Of a stretch of DNA of 64,000 nucleotides, positions 30,871 through 38,425 are shown one piece after another. The translations under genes and the position numbers were made by a program. The notes beneath the pieces are model-generated. The model worked only from the letters and a program-made list of their open reading frames with translations, searched no databases and was not told where the DNA came from. The stretch's first letter is position 1. The number at the start of each line of letters is the position of its first letter. Source of the DNA: an uncultured bacterium (GTDB lineage: Bacteria > Omnitrophota > Omnitrophia > Omnitrophales > JACQLI01); contig CAYJTB010000002.1 in the NCBI GenBank assembly GCA_964372875.1, forward strand, positions 21,576 through 85,575, written 5' to 3'.

Positions 30871-31598
30871 AAAAAGCCGCCGGAATTTTTATTATAGGAA
30901 CGGACACAGGCGTCGGAAAAACCGTGGTGGCCGCAGGACTTGCCCTTGTCTTGAAGGAACGCGGCATGCGGGTCGGTGTGATGAAACCCGTAGCGACCGG
31001 ATGTTTTGGAGAGGGGAAGCGGCTTATTTCAGGAGATGCGGTTTATTTATTAGAAGCCGCTGAAAACGAGCGCCCTTATCTTGCCAATCCGCTTCGTTTT
31101 AGAAATCTGCTGGCCCCCAGCGTTGCCAGCGTCATTGAAAAAAAAGAAGTGCCGATTGAAAAAATCTTGAAGGCCTACCGGGAGCTGCAGCGTCATTATG
31201 ATTTTATTATTGTCGAAGGAATCGGCGGACTTTTAGTTCCGCTCACAAAAGATTATTTTGTGGCCAATCTCATTCACGAATTTGGTCTTCCTTTGATGGT
31301 GGTTGCCCGGGGGGGGCTCGGAACTATTAATCACACGCTTCTTACAATAGATGCAGCAATCATTCGGGGGTTTGAAATCCGGGGTATCATTTTTAACCGG
31401 ATGCCGCGTGTCAATTTCTCCATAGCGGAGATCACGAATCCTAAAGTGATCCACGACATCACAGGCATTCCCGTGCTCGGGACGTTGCCGGAACTGGATG
31501 ATGTGGACGTAGAAACCTGCCGCTTTGGGAATCTCAAAGAAGTCTTCCGCGAACGGATTGATCTGGACCAGCTTTTCCGGTTCGAGACCATTTCTTAG
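30867..31598 (+). CDS. bioD: Dethiobiotin synthetase
   Basis: The P-loop GTDTGVGKT and VEGIGGLLVP. The start overlaps bioA by 4 nt. Confidence 0.9.
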   Translation: MKKAAGIFIIGTDTGVGKTVVAAGLALVLKERGMRVGVMKPVATGCFGEGKRLISGDAVYLLEAAENERPYLANPLRFRNLLAPSVASVIEKKEVPIEKILKAYRELQRHYDFIIVEGIGGLLVPLTKDYFVANLIHEFGLPLMVVARGGLGTINHTLLTIDAAIIRGFEIRGIIFNRMPRVNFSIAEITNPKVIHDITGIPVLGTLPELDDVDVETCRFGNLKEVFRERIDLDQLFRFETIS

Positions 31599-31676
31599 AC
31601 CGGCCCCAGAAGCCCAGGTTTAAAGGGCTTCATTCCTTCTTCAATCTTTGATAGAATCTCTCCAAATTTCCCACCT

Positions 31677-32762
31677 ATGAAACCAGTGCTTAGGAATCAA
31701 AAAATCCTTGTCGCAATGTCCGGGGGAGTGGACTCGAGTGTGGCGGCCGCTTTGCTTGTGGAGGCGGGCCATGAAGTCGCCGGGGCCACCATTAGGACAT
31801 GGGCGAGCAGCACGTGTGTGGACCGGAACACGCGCTCCTGCTGTGGTCTGACCGGAGTCGAGGATGCGCGAAGCGTGGCCGAGCGGATCGGCATCCGTTA
31901 TTGGGTTTTTAATTTTGAAGAAGAGTTTAAACGCCACGTCGTCGATTATTTCGCCAGCGAATATTTCAAAGGCCGAACCCCCAACCCCTGTATTGCCTGT
32001 AATGAACATATCAAGTTTCGCCTTTTCTTAAAACGCGCCCGCCAACTCGGTTTTGACGCCATCGCCACAGGCCATTATGCGAAGCTCCAAGAAGATCACG
32101 CGGGCAATTGTTATATCGAAGAAGGTGCAGATCCCGCCAAAGATCAATCTTATGTTCTTTTTCCTCTCGATCAAGATGTCTTAACGAATCTTTATCTGCC
32201 GCTGGGAGGTTATCAAAAATCGGAAATCCGTCAGAAGGCGCGCGATCTGGGTCTCAGTGCTGTGATGGAAAAACCGGATTCCCAGGAGATTTGTTTTATC
32301 CCAAGCAATAACCACGGGATTTTTTTACAAAAAGAATTCGATGCCCCTCAACAGGAAGGCGTCATCCGGACAAGAGAAGGAAAGATCCTTGGAAAACACA
32401 CGGGTTATTATCAATATACAAGAGGCCAGCGCCGGGGCCTTGGTGTTGCCTTTACTGAAAAACTTTATGTCCTCGAAACGATCCCCGAAACCAACGAAGT
32501 GATTGTCGGGACCAAAGACGAAGTGCTGGATGTGGAGTTTTGCGTTGCGCGGGTCAATTGGTTTTTAAGGCCTCAAGAAAAAAATTTCAAGGCCCTTGTG
32601 AAAATCCGGTCTCAGCATGTGAAGGCCCCTGCTCAAATCGAGATTCTGAAAGATCAGGAAGTCCGGGTCCATTTTGAAGAGCCCCAAGAAGCCGTCACAG
32701 CAGGTCAGGCCGCCGTTTTTTATGACGGCACCAAAGTTTTAGGTGGCGGGTGGATTGCGTAG
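31677..32762 (+). CDS. mnmA: tRNA-specific 2-thiouridylase
   Basis: The PP-loop VAMSGGVDSSVAA and the blocks ATGHYA and KDQSYVLF. Confidence 0.9.
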   Translation: MKPVLRNQKILVAMSGGVDSSVAAALLVEAGHEVAGATIRTWASSTCVDRNTRSCCGLTGVEDARSVAERIGIRYWVFNFEEEFKRHVVDYFASEYFKGRTPNPCIACNEHIKFRLFLKRARQLGFDAIATGHYAKLQEDHAGNCYIEEGADPAKDQSYVLFPLDQDVLTNLYLPLGGYQKSEIRQKARDLGLSAVMEKPDSQEICFIPSNNHGIFLQKEFDAPQQEGVIRTREGKILGKHTGYYQYTRGQRRGLGVAFTEKLYVLETIPETNEVIVGTKDEVLDVEFCVARVNWFLRPQEKNFKALVKIRSQHVKAPAQIEILKDQEVRVHFEEPQEAVTAGQAAVFYDGTKVLGGGWIA

Positions 32763-33640
32763 ACAAACTCCAGCTTCTTAGGGAGGTCACACTCTCCTAT
32801 AAGAAAGTTCTCGTGGCCTTTTCGGGCGGCGCGGATTCTGCTTTCGTTTTAAAAATTGCCCGCGATGTCCTGGGAAAAGAAAATGTCCTTGGCGTGATTG
32901 CCAAAAGCCCTTCACTTCCCGCGGCTGAACTCGAAGCCGCCAAAAAAATTGCCGAGGAAATTGATGCCCCGCTTCAAGTGATAGAAACGAATGAGCTCGA
33001 AAATTCTTCCTACACCTCCAACTCCATTAACCGCTGTTACTTTTGCAAAACCGAACTTTATTCCCACATGATTCCCTTAGCCCAAAAATTGGGATACCCC
33101 TTTATTTTGAATGGCACGAATCAAGATGACTTAGGGGATTGGCGCCCCGGCCTTAAGGCCGCTGCCGAATACGAAATTAAAAGTCCGTTGGTCGAAGCTG
33201 GTTTTACTAAATCAGAAATCCGCGAGACCTCTCAGTCGCTCGGGCTTTCCACTTGGTCCAAGCCCCAGGCCGCTTGTCTTTCCAGCCGCATTCCTTTTGG
33301 GACTTCGATTACGCCGGAAAGACTCAGCCAAGTCGAAGTCGGAGAAAGCATCCTTAAAGAGCTTGGATTTGAAATCGTGCGCCTTCGCTGGCTCCAAGAA
33401 ACAGCGGTGATTGAAGTCGGCTCTGACGAAACCGGAACTTTTTTTCAAAACCAACACGTGCGCGAAGAATCTCTAGCGAGACTCAAAGCCCTTGGCTTTC
33501 AAAGGATTCAACTTGATCTTCTTGGCTACCGCTCCGGCCGTTTCAATCCAGCGAAATCTTTCTCGCGACCTCTCTTGCCTTCGCCGGACGCTCAGGCGAC
33601 AATCGAGAATACAGAATCAAAACTGGAATATTCCAAATGA
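32750..33640 (+). CDS. PP-loop ATP-utilising enzyme of the LarE / TIGR00268 family (possible sacrificial sulfur transferase)
   Basis: GTG start. The PP-loop VAFSGGADSAFV, CYFCK, and AACLSSRIPFG, which resembles the LarE cysteine motif. No larB or larC is present in the window. Confidence 0.7.
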   Translation: MDCVDKLQLLREVTLSYKKVLVAFSGGADSAFVLKIARDVLGKENVLGVIAKSPSLPAAELEAAKKIAEEIDAPLQVIETNELENSSYTSNSINRCYFCKTELYSHMIPLAQKLGYPFILNGTNQDDLGDWRPGLKAAAEYEIKSPLVEAGFTKSEIRETSQSLGLSTWSKPQAACLSSRIPFGTSITPERLSQVEVGESILKELGFEIVRLRWLQETAVIEVGSDETGTFFQNQHVREESLARLKALGFQRIQLDLLGYRSGRFNPAKSFSRPLLPSPDAQATIENTESKLEYSK

Positions 33641-33998
33641 GGCGAGAGAACGAGAAAGCAAAACTTATTTGTGAAGATGCAGAATCCAAGATTAAAACGG
33701 ATAAGGTGTCGCCTTCGTTCGATGGACCTGGCGAAAAATCTTTTCCGGATTTTTCGCCGACGGTCCAACGCCGACTCCGGCTAATGAGAGGTCGCTTAAA
33801 AAATGGTTTCTCTTGCGGAAGGACACGGCCTGGGCGCGCTCGGAAGGCCGAGCGGGCATGGACTGGCCACCCAATCACTGTCTCTTATTTCTCTTATGGC
33901 CAGGAGCGAGGCCGGACGCGCGGGCGAAACACGCCTCGCTGAGGCGTGTTGAGCGGCGAACGGGACGTTGTACTTCCGCTTGTGGAACTAATCCTGTC

Positions 33999-35270
33999 AT
34001 GAAAGCACTCAAAGGCGGAATTAAGCTTGAAGGAAAAAAAGAGGCGACGACGATGCCATGGACGATCGCAAAGCCTTGGGCATCCAAACGCGTCCGGATT
34101 CCGCTTTGCGGATCCGCTCCGGTAAGTCTTCGCTCCCTTGTTAAAGAAGGCGAGCGAGTTCTGCGGGGTCAAAAAATCGCGGAACCCGAGGATGAAAACT
34201 CTACCGCGGCGCATGCTTCCCTGTCCGGAAAAGTAAATCAGATCGCATCTTTCCCGCACCCCCTTTTTGAAAATTTCGAAGCCATTGAAATTTTATCTGA
34301 CGGAAAAGATGAACCTGCCCAAGGAGTAGGACAAGAGCGCGCGGGATGGGAATCCCTGGAACCGCGTAACATCGTAGGAATTCTCCGTGACTTGGGAGTC
34401 ATCTCGCTTCTTCCCGCCCTTTCTCACCCTATCGACACTCTTATTATCAACGGCTGCGAATCCGAGCCGTATCTTACGTCAGAATATTGTCTGATGATGA
34501 GTCATCCTTCGGAAATCTTAAAGGGCGCGGAAATTTTAAGACGCGCTTTAGGGGCCCAAGATGTGATCTTGGCCGTGGAGGATAATAAAGAAGACGCCGC
34601 GGAACTATTCAAAAGCAAAATTTTTTTGGCCCGCTCCAACGTGCGGGTAAAGATGCCGCCTGCGCGTTATCCCCAAGGCAATGAAAAAATTCTCATCCGT
34701 GAAATTTTGGGAAGAAGAATTCATCACGGAGATCACCCGGCAAAATCCGGAGTGGTTGTTTTTGATATCGCAACCGCCCACGCCGCGTTTGAAGCCGTCG
34801 TGTTGCAAAAACCATTTTATGAAACGGTGGTCACGATCGGCGGCGAGTGTGTCGCCCAGCCGAAGAATTTTTGGCTTCGCGCGGGGACCTTGGTGGAAGA
34901 TGCGATCAAGCACTCCAAAGGTTTCCTAAGAAAACCGGCCAAGACGATTCTGGGAGGGCCGATGAGCGGTACTGAACTTTTAACGTTGGATGTTCCCGTC
35001 CTTAAAAGATCGGCCGCGATTCTGGGTCTTCCGCCTGAAGTGGCGAAACCGGAATCGATCGAGCCTTGCATCCGCTGCGGGCTCTGTGTGGATAATTGCC
35101 CGGCTTATATTTCTCCCGTGATGATTACACTGGCCGCCGAAAAAGATCTTTTCGATGTCGCCCAAGAGTATGATGCCCGCCTTTGTATTGAATGCGGAAA
35201 CTGCTCCTACGTTTGTCCCTCCAAACGTCCGATGGTGGAACTGATTCAATACGCGAATGCCAATTCCTAA
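33999..35270 (+). CDS. rnfC: RnfC-like electron-transport subunit (two 4Fe-4S ferredoxin motifs)
   Basis: The ORF is open from 33813, but ATG 33999 (MKALKGGIKLEG) is the plausible start. INGCESEPYLTSEY, CIRCGLCVDNCP and CIECGNCSYVCP are present. Confidence 0.75.
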   Translation: MKALKGGIKLEGKKEATTMPWTIAKPWASKRVRIPLCGSAPVSLRSLVKEGERVLRGQKIAEPEDENSTAAHASLSGKVNQIASFPHPLFENFEAIEILSDGKDEPAQGVGQERAGWESLEPRNIVGILRDLGVISLLPALSHPIDTLIINGCESEPYLTSEYCLMMSHPSEILKGAEILRRALGAQDVILAVEDNKEDAAELFKSKIFLARSNVRVKMPPARYPQGNEKILIREILGRRIHHGDHPAKSGVVVFDIATAHAAFEAVVLQKPFYETVVTIGGECVAQPKNFWLRAGTLVEDAIKHSKGFLRKPAKTILGGPMSGTELLTLDVPVLKRSAAILGLPPEVAKPESIEPCIRCGLCVDNCPAYISPVMITLAAEKDLFDVAQEYDARLCIECGNCSYVCPSKRPMVELIQYANANS

Positions 35271-36090
35271 AGGCAAAGCGCCTCATATCCGGTCGAGCAA
35301 TTCTGTCCCTCGGATCATGTGGACTTTTATCCTTGCCCTTTTTCCCCTGGTCTTCGTGTTTTTGTGGACTGAAAAATTTGACGCGTTCCGCACGCTTGCC
35401 ATCTCTTCCGCCTCGGGTCTTTTAAGTGAAATGGGAATGCAGAAAATTTTAAGAAAGCGCGTGAGTCTTTACGATGGAAGCGCTCTTCTCGCTTCACTTC
35501 TCTTTGCTTTATTTATCCCTGTGCATTTAGCGTCCTGGCAGGTTGCCCTGGGCGCGGCCTTTGGAATGATCTTTGGAAAACAAATTTTTGGAGGCCTTGG
35601 CCAGAATCCGTTTCATCCCGCGGTCGTTGGCTGCGCGTTTATTTTCGTAGCCTTTGCACAGTCCTTAAATTTTGGAATTCCTTTAATAGGCGTCGAATCC
35701 TACAGTTTGATCACAGCAACAGCCCTTGGAGGACTTGTTCTGCTTTTTTCTAAAATTATCCGCTGGGAAGCGCCTCTTCTTTATTTAACAGGTTATGTTC
35801 TCTTTTCTCTCGCTTTAGGCAACCCCGGCGGCAATTTTGATTGGCTGCTTCTTATCGCCGCATTTTTTCTGGTGACCGATCCGGTCACAACCCCGCTTAC
35901 CCGGATGGGGCAACAATGGTTTGCCTTGGGGGCCGGGATTTTAAGCGCGCTTTTTTCAAAGCCTCTTCCTTTCTTTCAAGGAATCATCTACGCCATTTTG
36001 TGGATGAATGCCTTAAACCCTTGGTTTGACCAGCTCTTTCGTCCCGCCGGTACGCGAAAAGTTTACGGATTCAACCTCGCCCCGAAATGA
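35257..36090 (+). CDS. rnfD: RnfD/NqrB-like polytopic membrane subunit
   Basis: It is multi-TM, and the blocks GKQIFGGLGQNPFHPA and FFLVTDPVTTP are typical of the RnfD/NqrB family. The start overlaps rnfC. Confidence 0.7.
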   Translation: MPIPKGKAPHIRSSNSVPRIMWTFILALFPLVFVFLWTEKFDAFRTLAISSASGLLSEMGMQKILRKRVSLYDGSALLASLLFALFIPVHLASWQVALGAAFGMIFGKQIFGGLGQNPFHPAVVGCAFIFVAFAQSLNFGIPLIGVESYSLITATALGGLVLLFSKIIRWEAPLLYLTGYVLFSLALGNPGGNFDWLLLIAAFFLVTDPVTTPLTRMGQQWFALGAGILSALFSKPLPFFQGIIYAILWMNALNPWFDQLFRPAGTRKVYGFNLAPK

Positions 36091-36575
36091 ATTCTCTTTT
36101 CCTTCGCGCCCTTCTGGCGTCTTTGCCCGTCCTCGGATTTACCCTCCAAATGGAAAACGGATTTATTTATGCGGTCGTCGGTTCTGCAATATTTCTTTTA
36201 GCCGGTTTAGGATTTTTCCTGATTCAGGCGGTCCTGCACCGGTCCATCGAGCGTTTAGGATATTTCTTTCTTCTTTTAGTGTTTGTTGTCATCGCAGAAA
36301 AGTTTTTTTCCGTTTCCATTCTTCTTTTGGCAAGTGTGCTTATCCTGAGTCCGCCGGACCTTTTCAAAAAAAGGAAGAACAAGAAACCTATCCTCACCAA
36401 AATTATTTTTACTTCGTTTTTCTTTTTTATGATCCTCGCTTTTCACGGTGCGTTGGCCGAATGCCTGGGTGTGCGGGCCGGGATTTTATTTTTCCAGCAT
36501 CCTAGCGGCAGTTATTTTTTGGCGGGACTCACGCTCACCGTCTTATCCAAAAAAAGGAATCGAAATAATGATTGA
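36087..36575 (+). CDS. Polytopic membrane protein (possibly a very divergent RnfA/E-like subunit)
   Basis: 162 aa, with about 4 hydrophobic helices. It is translationally coupled to rnfD (ATGA overlap). I recognise no diagnostic motif. Confidence 0.45.
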   Translation: MNSLFLRALLASLPVLGFTLQMENGFIYAVVGSAIFLLAGLGFFLIQAVLHRSIERLGYFFLLLVFVVIAEKFFSVSILLLASVLILSPPDLFKKRKNKKPILTKIIFTSFFFFMILAFHGALAECLGVRAGILFFQHPSGSYFLAGLTLTVLSKKRNRNND

Positions 36576-37104
36576 GTGGCTTTATTTGCTTCTTGGCTTT
36601 TCAAGCCTTTTCGCTCTTCAAAAAGGCCAGGCGCGGACCGCCGACGCAGGCAGGCTTGCAAAATTTTATCTCCGGCTTTTTGGAGCTGTCGCGGTGCTTG
36701 TCGTCATTCATAATATTTGTAACATTTTTGCGTGGAGTCCCAGCGGGTATCAAGAATTGGGAACGGCCAGCATTTTTCTTTGGGCGATCCTTCTGGACTG
36801 GGCGGTTAATGGAATAAAGAAAAAAGAAGAAGGCAGGGGAGAAGCCGCTCTTGCGATCAGCCGGTTTGCCCTGGCGCTCTTTGCCTTCTCTGCCTGGACC
36901 TTAGAAGATGGCGCTATCCCAGCTTCCACGATGAGGTTCTTTTTGGGCTTGTCCCTGCCCCTTGTGACCGGGTTTTTAGAATGGGTATTAATAGGTTTAT
37001 GGAATAGGCTTAGGCTTTCAGACGTGCCTGAAAGGGTTCAAGGTAATCCCGCGCTCTTTTGGATCGCCATGATTCTTGTGCTCGGAATTTGTAAATTGGG
37101 ATAA
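36568..37104 (+). CDS. Polytopic membrane protein, unknown function
   Basis: ATG 36568 overlaps the previous stop. MIEWLYLLLGFSSLFAL..., with about 5 hydrophobic helices. The longer ORF from 36448 overlaps the upstream gene and is less likely. Confidence 0.45.
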   Translation: MIEWLYLLLGFSSLFALQKGQARTADAGRLAKFYLRLFGAVAVLVVIHNICNIFAWSPSGYQELGTASIFLWAILLDWAVNGIKKKEEGRGEAALAISRFALALFAFSAWTLEDGAIPASTMRFFLGLSLPLVTGFLEWVLIGLWNRLRLSDVPERVQGNPALFWIAMILVLGICKLG

Positions 37105-37146
37105 ATCGGCTACACTTTCATAGGAAATGATCGCAAGAGATAAAAC

Positions 37147-38226
37147 ATGATTAATTTACTCATTCAAGCAGCCCTCGAAAAAGGCGCCTCAGACCTTCAC
37201 CTCTCGGTGGGCCGCGGACCCACTTACCGTATTCATGGCGACCTCATTTCCTTTGACCCCAAACCTTTAACTCCCCAAGACCTGGAAACGATGACTCGTG
37301 AAATCACCACCGAAGAACATCGAAAAAAAATTGCTGAGGTAGGAGGTGTAGATTTTGGGTTCTCTTTCAACGAGCAAGCACGGATTCGTGCGTCGGTTTT
37401 TAAAGAAAAGGGAAATTTTGGAATCGCACTGCGCCCATTGCCCAACCGTTTTTTTAAATTCGAAGAGATTGGACTGTCAGAAAAAGTTATCGAGCTTTTG
37501 AACCGGCCTCGCGGCATGATCCTTGTCACAGGTCCGACGGGTTCCGGAAAAACGACCACCTTGGCGTCCATGCTCAATTACATCAATGAAAACCTCCCCA
37601 AACATATTATTACGGTTGAGGATCCAATCGAATTCATGCACCCTCACAAAAAAGCCTTGATTACGCAGCGTGAAGTGGGCGAGGACGTCTCTGATTTTTC
37701 TGAAGCCGTGGTCAAGGCCCTTCGCCAGGATCCGGACGTTATTCTTATCGGTGAAATGCGCGATCTTGCAACGATGGAATCCGCCATTCGTGCAGCAGAA
37801 ACCGGACACCTGGTTTTTGCGACCTTGCACACGACAGGCGCGGCCAGAACCGTCGACCGTATTATTGATGTCTTTCCATCGCACCAACAGGCACAAGTTC
37901 GCGTTCAGCTTTCTGCAACCCTTATTGCCGTTGTCTCGCAGACCCTCTTGCCTAAAGCGGACGGAAAAGGCCGTGTGGGCGCCTTCGAAATCATGATTGC
38001 AACACCCGCTATCCGGAATCTGATCCGGGAAGGAAAGACTTATCAGATTACCTCTGAGATCCAGACCGGGGCCCGGTACGGAATGAAACTCTTGGATGAT
38101 CACTTACGCGAGCTTTATGAAGCCAATCTCGTCTCTTTTGATTCTGCTATGCAGGCCGCTTACGAACCTAAAGAACTCTCCGAGAAAATTGTTCGGACCG
38201 TAGGTGCGGGCAAGGCGAAAAAATAA
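37147..38226 (+). CDS. pilT: Type IV pilus retraction ATPase PilT
   Basis: Walker A GPTGSGKTTT, the block DPDVILIGEMRD and the PilT signature AIRNLIREGK. Confidence 0.88.
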   Translation: MINLLIQAALEKGASDLHLSVGRGPTYRIHGDLISFDPKPLTPQDLETMTREITTEEHRKKIAEVGGVDFGFSFNEQARIRASVFKEKGNFGIALRPLPNRFFKFEEIGLSEKVIELLNRPRGMILVTGPTGSGKTTTLASMLNYINENLPKHIITVEDPIEFMHPHKKALITQREVGEDVSDFSEAVVKALRQDPDVILIGEMRDLATMESAIRAAETGHLVFATLHTTGAARTVDRIIDVFPSHQQAQVRVQLSATLIAVVSQTLLPKADGKGRVGAFEIMIATPAIRNLIREGKTYQITSEIQTGARYGMKLLDDHLRELYEANLVSFDSAMQAAYEPKELSEKIVRTVGAGKAKK

Positions 38227-38425
38227 GGCAAAGACAGCCTCGGATTTTGAGGTTGCAAGGGGCGAAAGTTTTAGTTATCATAGCGCAGCCTCAGGGATTA
38301 AAGGTTACGCGTGGGACTACCCCTTCCAATCTCCTCCCAGGCTCCGAATCTTAAATAATAGAGTAAATTGTAAGCGAGTAAAAACGTTCTTTCTGGCTAT
38401 TGACTCACCTTAAGCATGAAACCCT

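Noticed and set aside
33637-33998. ORF 33637-33942 (101 aa) and the 62-codon 5' extension of the rnfC ORF (33813-33998).
   Set aside because: Both have arginine-rich, low-complexity translations in a GC-rich hairpin-containing region. RnfC homology begins only after ATG 33999.
36026-36575. Alternative overlapping ORFs 36026-36505 and 36448-37104 compete with the called membrane genes.
   Set aside because: The frames chosen (36087-36575 and 36568-37104) give hydrophobic helical proteins with coupled stop/start overlaps. The alternatives give Arg/Pro/Ser-rich translations over the same DNA.
37233-38103. Long antisense ORFs lie inside pilT (for example 37477-38103, 208 aa). Similar antisense ORFs lie inside rho, murA, rnhB, bioF and the ThrC-like gene.
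   Set aside because: They lie opposite strongly supported conserved genes, lack start-site signals and have low-complexity, Arg-rich composition. They are typical shadow ORFs.
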